Notes under the pieces: generated by a model
Told to the model about the DNA's origin: nothing
The model's input: the letters and a program-made list of their open reading frames with translations, nothing else
Database searches by the model: none
Translations under genes and position numbers: made by a program
In this document: in pieces, positions 35,572 to 45,718 of the stretch
Layout of the letters: each line of letters begins with the position of its first letter
How positions within the stretch are numbered: position 1 is the first letter of the stretch
Assembly: GCA_900552995.1 (NCBI GenBank)
Contig: USBX01000001.1
Coordinates: forward strand, 1 to 50,672
Length of the DNA stretch: 50,672 nt
Reading direction: 5' to 3'
DNA from: an uncultured Collinsella sp.
Lineage (GTDB): Bacteria > Actinomycetota > Coriobacteriia > Coriobacteriales > Coriobacteriaceae

Positions 35572-35630
35572 TTTTAGCTCCTTATCTCGCAGGCTCCTTG
35601 TGCCTCGCGATACGAGTCGACAAAACGGAA

Positions 35631-36512
35631 TTACAGAATCTCAATCGTGAACGAGCGAACGACGGTCTCCTTAGGCTTGGCGACAAGGCAGCCGCGCTTA
35701 TGCTCAAGCACGTCATCCTCATCGGAACAGGTCGAAAGGCCGCCCCAAGGCTCAACTGCCACAAAATCGCCCTCGGGCTTACTCCACACAATGAGATACG
35801 GGAAACCCTCAAAGCTCAGGCGAACGCCCTTGTCCTCGCCCTTCTTGGAAAGCGTGACCTGACGGCTCTCGAGCACGTCAAAGATGGTCTCCGCAAAATC
35901 GAAGAGCTCATGCGACAGCGGCAGCGTCTTTCCCACCATGGGGTTCTTGGAGCGCTTGTCCACGTCAATCAATCCGGTCGAGGGTACGGCGGTACAAAGC
36001 TCCGCAGCCTCGTCTTTCTCAAAACGCAACTCGTAGTCCGTATAGGCCTCACCCTCGTCGAGCGGACACCTAAAGCCGGGATGACCGCCGATAAAGAACG
36101 GCATGTCCTCGGTGCCCTCGTTGGTAACCTCATAGGAAACGCGCACGGCGGCGTCCTCAAGCGTATAACGAGCAACAAGCTTAAACGGATACGGATAATC
36201 GCTCAGCAGCGCGGCGTTATCCTCGGATGCCAGGCACATAGCCAGCTCGTTTGCGCTTTGGCTCAACAGCTTCCACTCCTGCTTGCGCGCAAAGCCGTGG
36301 CGGGCGAGCTTCACATGATGCCCGGCAAACGTCATGGCGCTACCATCGCGCAAGCCTCCGCAAATCGGGAAGCAAATCGGTGCCTGGCCGGACCACACGG
36401 CGGCATCGCCCTGCCACAGATACTCGCGACCTCCAGCCTCAATCGAGGTAAATGAGCCGCCGGCCGTGGAGACCTTGATAGAAATCGAATCGTTGGAGAG
36501 AGCGTATTCCAT
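35631..36512 (-). CDS. lacX: Aldose 1-epimerase family protein (LacX)
   Basis: EYLWQGD..WSGQAP, HGFAR, GGHPGF and FVAVEPW motifs; start MEYALS. Confidence 0.88.
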   Translation of the reverse strand: MEYALSNDSISIKVSTAGGSFTSIEAGGREYLWQGDAAVWSGQAPICFPICGGLRDGSAMTFAGHHVKLARHGFARKQEWKLLSQSANELAMCLASEDNAALLSDYPYPFKLVARYTLEDAAVRVSYEVTNEGTEDMPFFIGGHPGFRCPLDEGEAYTDYELRFEKDEAAELCTAVPSTGLIDVDKRSKNPMVGKTLPLSHELFDFAETIFDVLESRQVTLSKKGEDKGVRLSFEGFPYLIVWSKPEGDFVAVEPWGGLSTCSDEDDVLEHKRGCLVAKPKETVVRSFTIEIL

Positions 36513-36668
36513 TGCCCATCCTTTCGAACAACTGCTTTTTGCTCGCAAGTACCCGTCTCGGCTCTGACCAAAGGACAAACCCGCACGTTCATCGATGCGT
36601 CCGGTATCCCAGCCATGCAACGGGGTACCATACAGACATTGATCTAATTACAGCTGAAAGGCCTTCTT

Positions 36669-37253
36669 ATGCGAACCATCATCCTTTATGCCTCACACCA
36701 CCACGGCAATACGAAAAAGCTCGTGGACGCCATCGTCGAGGCGCACCCCGAAATCGATACCCTCGACGTGAAGTCACTCGGTAAAAACGAGTACCCCGAC
36801 CTGCACGAGTACCATCTGATCGGCGTCGCCACGGGCATTTATTACTCCGAGATCGACAAAGATATGGCGCGCGTGCTCACTAACGTGCTGCAGCCGCAGG
36901 ACAAGGTATTTGGCCTTATGACCTACGGTGGCAAAAACAAGTGGTACGGCAAGGATATCGATGGCATCTGTCGCATGAGACAGGCCATCTTTATGGGTGT
37001 CTACGGCTGCCCCGGCTTTGATACGTGGGGGCCGTTCAAACTCACCGGCGGTGTCCAAAAGGGACACCCGACCGCTGAGGAAATTAAGGGCGCCGTCGAC
37101 TTCTTCGACAAGATCGAAGACGAGTATGGCGAGATCATCGTCGAAGAGTACGCCAAGCGCGAGAAACGTCTAGCCTACGAAAAGGAGCATCCTGCAGGAG
37201 GCCTGGTGGCCGGCGTTAAGCGCACGGCAAAGAAGATTGCTAACAAGCTGTAA
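36669..37253 (+). CDS. Flavodoxin-family protein
   Basis: YASHHHGNTKK; GFDTWGPFKLTGGVQKGHP. Confidence 0.85.
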   Translation: MRTIILYASHHHGNTKKLVDAIVEAHPEIDTLDVKSLGKNEYPDLHEYHLIGVATGIYYSEIDKDMARVLTNVLQPQDKVFGLMTYGGKNKWYGKDIDGICRMRQAIFMGVYGCPGFDTWGPFKLTGGVQKGHPTAEEIKGAVDFFDKIEDEYGEIIVEEYAKREKRLAYEKEHPAGGLVAGVKRTAKKIANKL

Positions 37254-37328
37254 CTGTGAAGGTGCTTTTGAGCGTTTAACCCATACGGCGGGTCCGAGCA
37301 GATTCGGGCCCGCCGTCTTTTTCTATCG

Positions 37329-38498
37329 TTACTCGGTAAAGGCGTTGCCGACGCTCTGGCCGCCAACATACGTCTCGACGAGGGTGAGCTCGTGGTCGAA
37401 CACGACAAAGTCGGCGTCGCGACCCGGCATGATGCTGCCGCACTTATCCTCGATGTGCGCGGAGCGTGCCGGCACCTCGGTTGCCATGCGAATGGCGATA
37501 TCGGCGCTGGCGATGCCCCAGTCGACGATGTTCTTGACGCCCTGGGCAAGCGTGAGCACCGAGCCGGCAATGCTCTTGCCGTCGGCGAGCCAGCACAGGT
37601 TGTCCTTCATGATGACGTCCATGCCACCACTGGTGTAGCTGCCCTCGGGCATGCCGCCGCAACCCAGGCAGTCGGTGATGAGTACCGTATGCTGCCAGCC
37701 CTTTGCCTGCAGCAGCGCCTTGATGGCGGCAGGGTTCACGTGCTTGCCGTCACAGATGATCTCGGCGTAGGTCTCGGGCGTAGACATGGCAGCGCCCACG
37801 ACACCGGGCTCACGGTGATGCAGTCCGCGCTGGCCGTTATAGGTATGCGTAAAGCAGCTGGCACCGGCGTTGATGGCGGCGATGCACTCATCGTAGGTGG
37901 CGTCGGAGTGACCGATACTGGTCACCACACCCTTGGCGTTCAGAGCAGCCGCATAAGCAGCGGCGCCATCGCGCTCGGCAGCCATGGCGCTCTTAACGAT
38001 GCGACCGCCCGCAGCCTCCTGCCACTGATCGAAGACCCCCTCGGAGGGGTCGATCAGATAAGCGGGGTTCTGCGCGCCCACGTGCTTCATGGTAAAGAAG
38101 GGGCCCTCCAAGTAGATGCCCTGAATGCGAGCACCGCAGAAGTCAGGACCGCGGCCTTCGTCAGCCTGGGCGATGGCGGCGCAGGCGTCCTTGATCTGCT
38201 CGACGCCATCGGTGAACGTCGTGGGCAGCCAACTGGTGGTACCACGACGGGCGAGCTCGGTCGAGCTGATATCGATGCCCTCGGGGTCGTTATCGGTAGT
38301 CGAGTGGTTGTAGAAGCCATGGATGTGAGTATCGACCATACCCGGTGCGATCCAGGATCCCGTGTAGTCCTTAATCTCGCAAGAGGGCTCGTCGGCCTGC
38401 CAGGCGCCAAAGACGCCATCCTCGACCATAAGATAGCCGCCCAGTTGCGGACCTGCCGGCAAGAAGAACTTGTCAGCCTTAATTGCGTACGTGCTCAT
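37329..38498 (-). CDS. nagA: N-acetylhexosamine-6-phosphate deacetylase
   Basis: PGMVDTHIHG, LEGPF, GHSDA, THTYN, DGKHV, ITD and AGS motifs. Confidence 0.93.
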   Translation of the reverse strand: MSTYAIKADKFFLPAGPQLGGYLMVEDGVFGAWQADEPSCEIKDYTGSWIAPGMVDTHIHGFYNHSTTDNDPEGIDISSTELARRGTTSWLPTTFTDGVEQIKDACAAIAQADEGRGPDFCGARIQGIYLEGPFFTMKHVGAQNPAYLIDPSEGVFDQWQEAAGGRIVKSAMAAERDGAAAYAAALNAKGVVTSIGHSDATYDECIAAINAGASCFTHTYNGQRGLHHREPGVVGAAMSTPETYAEIICDGKHVNPAAIKALLQAKGWQHTVLITDCLGCGGMPEGSYTSGGMDVIMKDNLCWLADGKSIAGSVLTLAQGVKNIVDWGIASADIAIRMATEVPARSAHIEDKCGSIMPGRDADFVVFDHELTLVETYVGGQSVGNAFTE

Positions 38499-38616
38499 AT
38501 GCACTCCTTGCTTCTAAAGCAGTTGACCGTGGTGATACTTATACCCGGTTCAAGTAAAAACAAAAAGCGCCCGCCCGCCGTTATGAGCGGACGGGCGCCC
38601 TTACAGGGGGACGCGA

Positions 38617-39783
38617 TTAAGCGGTGAAGGGGTGAATCGTCACGCCCTTAACCACGCGGTTGACCGTGCCGGTGGGGCTCGGCGTATCGGGCGTGTTGCC
38701 CACGCGCACGGAGTTGAGCAGGCTGATGGCCTGGGCAAACATCACGAACGGCAGGGCGAGGTAACCCTCGGGGAGCGCCTCATAGCCCTTAAAGGTGAAG
38801 GACTCACCCTCGTAGACAGTAGCGCCATCCTGCTGAACGGCAACGGTATGCTGAGCGATCTTGTCGCCACCGATCTCGTTGAGGATGTCGATGTCGTACT
38901 GACGGGTGTAGGCGTCGTTGTTCACGAATACGAAGACGAGCGTCTTATCGTCGACGAAGGACTTAGGTCCGTGACGATAGCCCATGGAGGTGTCGTAGGA
39001 AGTGGCAACCAGGCCATGAGCAAGCTCGAGGATCTTGAGCTGGCTCTCCTGAGCAAGGCCGCCAAAGGAGCCGGAGCCAAGGTAGGTCACGCGGTTGAAG
39101 TCGCCAGCGAGGTAGTCGGCAACCTCAGACTCGCGAGCGATGACTTCCTCGCCCATCTTGGCGATGGTCTCGACCCACTCGGCCTTCTGCTCGTCGGAAG
39201 CCTCGTCAAAGATGAGGGTAGAGAGCAGGGTCATGCAGGTGTAGGAGCCGGTCATGGCGAAGCCCTTGTCGTTGGCGCGCGGGATGAGCAGCGTCAGCGC
39301 ATTGGGATCATCGGCGGACTCGACGGCGAGCTTGCCCTCGGGCGCGCAGGTGATGTTGAGGAACTTGACGTTGTGGACGAGCTCCTTGGCAACGGCAACG
39401 GCGGCAAGGCTCTCGGGGCTGTTGCCAGAGCGGGCAAAGGAAACCACGAGCGTGGGATCCTCAGCGCGCAGGAAGTCGCGCGGGGCGCTCACGATGTCGG
39501 TCGTGGCGATGGGCTTAAAGTCATAGAGATCAGTGTTGCCGGCGTGACGCAGATACGGGGCGCAGGTATCGCCAACATAGTCGGACGTACCGGCACCGGT
39601 GAAGACAACGGACAGACGGCCCTCGCCCATAGCGCGAGCCTCGGCCAGAAAGGCCTCGATGGCCTCCTTGTTCTCGCGATAGATGTTGAGCGTATCACGC
39701 CAAAGCTCGGGCTGCTGAGCAATCTCGGCCGTGGTGATCTGGGCGCCGAGCTCGGTGAGCTCCTCGACACTCTTCTCGAACAT
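38617..39783 (-). CDS. agaS: Galactosamine-6-phosphate deaminase/isomerase (SIS domain)
   Basis: TGAGTS, SFARSGNSPES, FAMTGS, RHGPKS and PDTPSPTGTVNRVVKGV motifs. Confidence 0.92.
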   Translation of the reverse strand: MFEKSVEELTELGAQITTAEIAQQPELWRDTLNIYRENKEAIEAFLAEARAMGEGRLSVVFTGAGTSDYVGDTCAPYLRHAGNTDLYDFKPIATTDIVSAPRDFLRAEDPTLVVSFARSGNSPESLAAVAVAKELVHNVKFLNITCAPEGKLAVESADDPNALTLLIPRANDKGFAMTGSYTCMTLLSTLIFDEASDEQKAEWVETIAKMGEEVIARESEVADYLAGDFNRVTYLGSGSFGGLAQESQLKILELAHGLVATSYDTSMGYRHGPKSFVDDKTLVFVFVNNDAYTRQYDIDILNEIGGDKIAQHTVAVQQDGATVYEGESFTFKGYEALPEGYLALPFVMFAQAISLLNSVRVGNTPDTPSPTGTVNRVVKGVTIHPFTA

Positions 39784-39844
39784 TTCTAATACCTCTCTCT
39801 AGAAGTAATCCTCTGACGTGCAATTATACACTTCGGTTGGTTAT

Positions 39845-39858
39845 CTGGTAGTAACCAG
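39845..39858. promoter_or_regulatory. Putative GntR operator CTGGTAGTAACCAG
   Basis: Quasi-palindrome upstream of agaS; recurs at 44138-44150. Confidence 0.65.
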
Positions 39859-39897
39859 TTAAATACAAAGAATCATCATATGGAAACGATGCCAACA

Positions 39898-40629
39898 CTA
39901 GTCGCTACGCTGGTGGTAAACCTTGTATTTAAACTGATCGGCACGAGCAACCGAGAGCGTATACTCCACAACCTCGTTTGACTCGTTATACGTAGTCCTA
40001 ACCAAATCGAGCACAGGCGAGCCCTCGACAATTTCCAAAAGGTGGGCATCGGTGGGACGGGCTATGCTCGCATAGAACTCCTCTTCGGCCACACGTATTT
40101 TTTGCTGAAAGTCTTGCTCAATCACATCGTAAAGCGGCTTACGCTCCAGCAGCGGTCGCTTTAGGGACAGAAATTGACGAACCGGTAGATAGCTGCGTTC
40201 GACCATCATGGGCATGTTGTCGGCAGAACGAAGGCGCTTGAGCTTAAAAATGCGATCACCGATACGCAATCCCATATGCTCGGCCAGATTCTTATCGGCC
40301 TCCATCTCGCAAAACTCGAGAATCGTGGTCTCGGGGTCACGACCCATCGAGCGCATCTGCTCGGTAAAGCTGTAGGACTGCATAAGATTGGTTGCCTTTG
40401 CCGAACGGTCGGTCACAAAGGTACCGCGACCGTGCTGCCGAACCACCAGTCCTAAACGCTCCAGTTCCTGCAGAGCCAGGCGTACCGTAGTGCGTGAGAG
40501 ACCATAGCGCTCCGAAAGTTCGCGCTCGGAAGGAATCATGTCACCGGCGCGATATTCATGGTCAATCTTTTCGGTCAGAATATCGACCAGCTGATCGTAC
40601 AGCGGTTGCTTACGCGCTCCGATCGCCAT
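39898..40629 (-). CDS. GntR/HutC-family regulator (UTRA domain)
   Basis: IPSERELSERYGLSRTTVRLAL...GRGTFV plus a C-terminal UTRA domain. Confidence 0.93.
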   Translation of the reverse strand: MAIGARKQPLYDQLVDILTEKIDHEYRAGDMIPSERELSERYGLSRTTVRLALQELERLGLVVRQHGRGTFVTDRSAKATNLMQSYSFTEQMRSMGRDPETTILEFCEMEADKNLAEHMGLRIGDRIFKLKRLRSADNMPMMVERSYLPVRQFLSLKRPLLERKPLYDVIEQDFQQKIRVAEEEFYASIARPTDAHLLEIVEGSPVLDLVRTTYNESNEVVEYTLSVARADQFKYKVYHQRSD

Positions 40630-40814
40630 CCTATCCTCCCTTTTGCTCGAATTCGGCTAACTACCTAGGGTGTTAAGCATTATCTGTCTGCCACACCCGA
40701 ATCATCAAGAAAACAAAAGCCGCGCGCTCTTTCGAGCACGCGGCTTTTAACATACACATGGCTTAAGGGGTCGGGGTGTGAGCCGCGTAGGGACACACCC
40801 CTCAAGCTAGAGCC

Positions 40815-41896
40815 TTACCAGATGCTCGGCCAGAGACCAAGCGGGCCAGCGCCCAGGATGCCAAGAACGAAGAGCAGGAGAATGCCCTTGGTCGGGGTCC
40901 AGCTGTGCTTAGCGAACATGTAGTAAAGCAGCAGCGTAAGCATAAGCGGGACGAGCTTGGGGACGATGGTGTTGAGGGTGTCGGCAACAGAGAAGTTGAC
41001 CGGATCCTCGGTGACGGTACCGTAGGTAACGGACTCCATGCCATTGCCCAGATCGGTGACGCCGCACTCGACAGCGTTGCCGTCGGCATCGGAAGCGGTA
41101 AGGGCGTTGCCGTCCTTATCGGTCATGGCGATGGTACCGGCCTCAGCGGTCTCGGTATCGATGCCCTCCATACCGGTGAAGTTCTCGGCCTCCTTCTCGG
41201 AGACGATCACGGTAGTAGCGGAGAGGCCACGGGTGGTGCCATTGGGGATCTGGAGGTTAATCTGGGTGCGACCCATGGTGACGACCAGGCAACCGACGAC
41301 GAAGACGCCCATGATGGAAGCGGCACGCGTGAAGGCCTGCATGTTGGCGGTCAGAGCGTCAATAGCGCTGGTGCCAAGCTTGTAGGACCAGTTCATGAGC
41401 CAGAAGCGCAGAGCGAACTGGACGACGTTGAAGATCACCAGGAAGATGATCGGCGCAGCGGCATTGCCGTTGATGGCCATGTTGGAGGTGATGCCGGCCG
41501 TGATAGGCACAAGCGTCAGCCAGAACAGGGCGTCACCGATACCACCGAGCGGGCCCATTGCGGCGACGCGGACGGCGCGGATCGTGGGGATGTCAACCTT
41601 GTTCTGCTCGAGCGAAAGCACGATACCCATAACAAAGGTGACAAGGAACGGATGGGTGTTGAAGAACTCCAGGTTGTGGCTCATGGAAGCCGCGAGGTCG
41701 TTCTTGTTGGTGTGGATCTTCTCCAGACCGGGGATGATGGAGTAGAGCCAACCGGCGGCCTGCATACGCTCGTAGTTGAACGAGGCCTGCAGGAAGCAGG
41801 AGCGCCAGGCCATCTTGTTGAGGGTCTTCTGGTCGAGCTGCGGAGCAGGAGTGAGATCCTCGTAGTGCTCCGGGATCACATACTCATTAGATGCCA
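40815..41896 (-). CDS. PTS mannose-family IID (GalNAc/galactosamine)
   Basis: QASFNYERMQ, FFNTHP and MGPLGGIGD motifs; start MASNEY. Confidence 0.93.
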
Positions 41897-42687
41897 TCTT
41901 CGAAGTCACCTCCGTCAGAAACAGCTGCACCCTTCAGCTCGGTCTGCTGCTGGAAGTCCCAGAAAGCGATGCCGAAGCCGATGAGAGCGAGGATGAGCAG
42001 AGCAGGGGTTGCCAGCGAATCGTTGGCAACGGTGATGAGCGCGAGGCCAAAGCCCATGAGGAAGAAGCCCCACATATCGCGGTTCATCATAACCTTGAGC
42101 AGGACGGCGAAGCCGACGAAGCGCATCATGCCGCCTGCAGCGGAGAGACCGGTCTGCAGCCAAGTCGGGATGGCGGAAGCGATGGTCTGACCGATGGTGG
42201 CGCCAGCGATGAAGAACAGGGTGACGACGACGGCGAAGATCAGGCCGAGCAGAGCCATGGCGAAGTAGTTCAGACGCTCGATACCCTTGGTGTCAGCGTT
42301 GTGAGCCATGTTGTCCGCAGAGGACATGAGCGGCGACATAAGCGTGAAGACCAGGGTAACGCCGAGCTGACCAAGCAGAGCGAACGGAATGGCAAGGCCG
42401 ACTGCCGCGTTGGGCTCGAGGCCCGTAGCGATAGCGAGAATGGCTGCCATGATGCCGCCGATGACGGCGTTAGGCGGCTGAGCGCCTCCGATCGGCATGT
42501 TGCCGATCGTCATGAGCTGATAGGTACCACCCACGAGAAGACCGGTGTTGAGGTCGCCAAGGATAAGACCGATGACGGCGCCGGTGACGATGGGCTGATA
42601 GAGAGACTCGAGGAAGTTGAACTGGTCGATTGCCGCGACGAACGTGACGATGAAGACCAGAGCGACCTGGATGATCGAGTATTCCAT
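41887..42687 (-). CDS. PTS mannose-family IIC
   Basis: QPIVTGAVIGLILGD, IGGAQPPN; multiple TM segments. Confidence 0.93.
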   Translation of the reverse strand: MEYSIIQVALVFIVTFVAAIDQFNFLESLYQPIVTGAVIGLILGDLNTGLLVGGTYQLMTIGNMPIGGAQPPNAVIGGIMAAILAIATGLEPNAAVGLAIPFALLGQLGVTLVFTLMSPLMSSADNMAHNADTKGIERLNYFAMALLGLIFAVVVTLFFIAGATIGQTIASAIPTWLQTGLSAAGGMMRFVGFAVLLKVMMNRDMWGFFLMGFGLALITVANDSLATPALLILALIGFGIAFWDFQQQTELKGAAVSDGGDFEDGI

Positions 42688-42777
42688 CTTGCTCCTCCTT
42701 TCAAAATGTATGTACGCACTTTGGATTTCACGTACAGAATGTCAGGGTTTCATTCCTGACAACGTGGATCATGAGGA

Positions 42778-43260
42778 TTACGAGAAGAGCTTGCTCGTGT
42801 CCTCAACAGGCGTGCTCGGAACGCGCCTGATCTCCAACTCCACCCCCAATTCCTGCAGCTCTTTAAACGCAGCGACATCCTCGTCGTTAACTGCGACGGA
42901 GGTGGCGACTTGGCGCTTTCCTTCCGACATGTGCATGTTGCCGATGTTTACCTTCTTTATAGGCACACCGCCCTTGACGAGCGTAAGCACGTCTTCCGGT
43001 GTTTCGGCCACGATGAAGATCTTCTGGCGCGGGCTCGCCTTGCCAATGACGTCGATGGTCTTCTGCAGAGAGAAGAAACGCGTAGCGACGCCGGCGGGAG
43101 CGGCCATCTTCATGAGGTTCTGGCGCATGGTGTTGGTCGACACATCGTCGTTGGCGACGAGAATGAGGTTGGAGCCCAGGGTGGAGTTCCACTGGGTAGC
43201 GACCTGACCATGGACCAGTCGGTTATCGATGCGGGTAAGAAGAATGTTGGGTTCTGCCAT
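42778..43260 (-). CDS. agaV: PTS mannose-family IIB (AgaV-like)
   Basis: RIDNRLVHGQV; NIGNMH. Confidence 0.88.
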   Translation of the reverse strand: MAEPNILLTRIDNRLVHGQVATQWNSTLGSNLILVANDDVSTNTMRQNLMKMAAPAGVATRFFSLQKTIDVIGKASPRQKIFIVAETPEDVLTLVKGGVPIKKVNIGNMHMSEGKRQVATSVAVNDEDVAAFKELQELGVELEIRRVPSTPVEDTSKLFS

Positions 43261-43296
43261 GTTGATCAGCTTCCTTTCGTTATTTGCTGACGACAG

Positions 43297-43578
43297 TTAC
43301 TTGATCTCCTGAATCGCGTAACGCGAAACATCTACGACGGCTCCGGATCGGACTTTGATCTGGACCTTTTCGCCTTCGATGCCCTTGACGGTTCCGTAGA
43401 TACCGCCGGCGAAAAGGACCTCCTGACCCGGCTTGAGCTCCGTGTGCAGCTCCTTAAAGTACTTCTGCTTCTTCTTCATGTTGATTTGCGACCAGATGGT
43501 GTAAATCAAGCCCATGATGACAAGCAGGCCTAAAAGGGCGACCGAGGAGCTCAGGACGTTGGCTCCGAAATCGGCCAT
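43297..43578 (-). CDS. yajC: YajC-like protein
   Basis: TM segment plus LKPGQEVLFAGGIYGTV. Confidence 0.85.
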   Translation of the reverse strand: MADFGANVLSSSVALLGLLVIMGLIYTIWSQINMKKKQKYFKELHTELKPGQEVLFAGGIYGTVKGIEGEKVQIKVRSGAVVDVSRYAIQEIK

Positions 43579-44021
43579 TAGATGCCGTCCTCGTCGCCGA
43601 AGATATCCTCATCCTCGGAGCCGGCAACGGATGCGACCGTCTGGGCGGTGATGCCCGTCTGGCCAACGGTCACGGCCTGCTCGCCAAGCTCGGCGAGCGT
43701 GGCGTTACCGCGGAGGAACAGAAGCTCAATAACCATGGGAAGGTTGGTGCCGGTCAGGACCTCGACATTGTCGACATCCTGGGCGATCATCATCGACTGG
43801 TTGAACGGGGTACCGCCAAGCAGGTCGGTAAAGACGAGCACGCCATCGCACTCCTCGCGCATGGCGGTAATAGCGGCGCGGAGATCCTCACCGTAGGAAG
43901 CAGCCTGGTCGCCCTCGAAAGGAACAACGGTAAAAGCGGGCTGGTCACCAGCGACCATAGCGATAGCGCTTGCAAGGCCGGGTGCGAACTGTCCATGACC
44001 GGTAAGAATAAAGCCAACCAT
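43578..44021 (-). CDS. PTS mannose-family IIA
   Basis: ILTGHG, DLLGGTPFN and GTNLPM motifs. Confidence 0.93.
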   Translation of the reverse strand: MVGFILTGHGQFAPGLASAIAMVAGDQPAFTVVPFEGDQAASYGEDLRAAITAMREECDGVLVFTDLLGGTPFNQSMMIAQDVDNVEVLTGTNLPMVIELLFLRGNATLAELGEQAVTVGQTGITAQTVASVAGSEDEDIFGDEDGI

Positions 44022-44137
44022 TCAAATTTCCCTTCCGAAGGTGTGTACGATCTGAGTCCGATGATGTTCGGAAGCCAACGGGCAATCGCCCTTAAAGCTT
44101 CTTGGAAAGCGTTCTTTGAGAACCAGTGGTCTCTCAA

Positions 44138-44150
44138 CTGGTAGTAACCA
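44138..44150. promoter_or_regulatory. Putative GntR operator CTGGTAGTAACCA
   Basis: Same motif as 39845; upstream of the PTS operon. Confidence 0.65.
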
Positions 44151-44723
44151 CGTGACGTGTTGTTGTCACTATATCACCACAGAAGAGGTTGCTTTCGTTG
44201 ATTCATACAGTAAAACGTTTTTGCACCGCTCACGGTTAAAATTCGACCGTTTACCGCTCGTTAACACTTCTACCTGCGGGTTTGAAACCGTTTCGAAATG
44301 CTTTGGCAAAAGATCGGAACTATTTTTATGTCCAAACAACGCAAGGCGGCTAAAAATAGCGTGTAGAAAAAATGCAGGTCATTATGAAGATTTGTGAATT
44401 GGTCTTTTTGACTTAATACCAGTTAGAACCAGTTTAGAAATTATCGGTGAACGGTAGTTTTCGACCGCTCAGCGGTTATTTCCAATCGTTTGCAGCTCTT
44501 TTTCCATATGAATTAGGGAGACCCGATGATGCACTTGCGCGGTTGCGGGAAATTTCGATACTCGTCCATTCCCCACGTGCCAAACTCTCACTCCCTGAAT
44601 ATGCCATAAGCTCTCGCTATTCGTCTTATAAACATTACTTACTCTAATCTGTAATTGTTTATCGTTTATCGTTAAGTATGTTATATAATTTAAGTATCAT
44701 CCAAGACATTGGTTGGAGGAGCT

Positions 44724-45362
44724 ATGATCCGCTGGAACGTATCCAAATCGAATGAAGCCATCGACCGTGAACAGGCAATAGCCAATCTGAGGAAGCTCAC
44801 TCGCTACTGCAAATGGGCCACAATCTGCACCGCCGTGGCGCTCGCTCTGGGACTCCTCGCAGTCATTGCAATCTACGATCTACTCATATTGCCTAGCCTC
44901 TCCCAAGGGTTCTGTCTCCAATCCGTAGAGCTTGAGGCTGGCGAAGGGCCAATTCTCGCTCTCGTCGGCGCCGATGAACACACCCCTCTTATGCTTGTCG
45001 CGCACGACGGTCATACTGCCATAGGGAGCGCCATGATGACATGCCTTGCGTTTGCCATCGTGCTAAGCGCATACAGGTTTTTCTCCGCCATTGAAAAGGC
45101 GGGCAGGCCCTTTGACCTCGAATGCATCCGCATACTACGTCAAATAGGACATTTGTTCCTTATTGGCGGCGTTGCTGTGAAGCTTCTTGGTGCCATAGTC
45201 ACGGGGCTGATACTCTCAGGATTTGGCGGCAACTTTACGGATGCGCTTGGCGGCCAGCACCTCGACCTCTCTATGGTCTTTGCAGGCCTGATTATTAGCC
45301 TGATTGCCAGCGTCTTCCAGTACGGGTGTATCCTGCAAAAACAAGATGACGAGTTGCTCTAG
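44724..45362 (+). CDS. DUF2975-type membrane protein
   Basis: 4 TM segments; PF...IRILR and VFQYGCILQKQDDELL; paired with the HTH gene. Confidence 0.85.
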   Translation: MIRWNVSKSNEAIDREQAIANLRKLTRYCKWATICTAVALALGLLAVIAIYDLLILPSLSQGFCLQSVELEAGEGPILALVGADEHTPLMLVAHDGHTAIGSAMMTCLAFAIVLSAYRFFSAIEKAGRPFDLECIRILRQIGHLFLIGGVAVKLLGAIVTGLILSGFGGNFTDALGGQHLDLSMVFAGLIISLIASVFQYGCILQKQDDELL

Positions 45363-45371
45363 GGGGAATCC

Positions 45372-45608
45372 ATGATTATTCTGCGGCTTGACCGCATGCT
45401 CGCCGAACGCAAGATCTCATCCAAAGAGCTTGCGGAACGCGTGGGCATCTCCCAGGTCAATATGTCACGCATTAAGACAGGCAAGGTTTCTGCCATACGT
45501 TTTTCAACTCTTGACGCGATATGCCGGGCACTCGACTGCCAACCGGGCGATGTTCTGGAATACATACCTGACGATGAAGCCGATAGCCTCTTTGGGCTTA
45601 AAGATTGA
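45372..45608 (+). CDS. YozG-like HTH regulator
   Basis: IILRLDRML...AIRFSTLDAICRALDCQPGD. Confidence 0.92.
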   Translation: MIILRLDRMLAERKISSKELAERVGISQVNMSRIKTGKVSAIRFSTLDAICRALDCQPGDVLEYIPDDEADSLFGLKD

Positions 45609-45641
45609 TGGAAATTATTAAGCCTTCAGTACCCCCGACGC

Positions 45642-45675
45642 AAAAAGCCCGCTAGAACGGACGTTCTAGCGGGCT
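45642..45675. terminator. Terminator between convergent genes
   Basis: aaaaagcccgctagaacg-ga-cgttctagcgggct. Confidence 0.75.
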
Positions 45676-45718
45676 CAATCAGATATTTCGACTTCGTGCT
45701 CGAAAGCTCAGGCAATCT

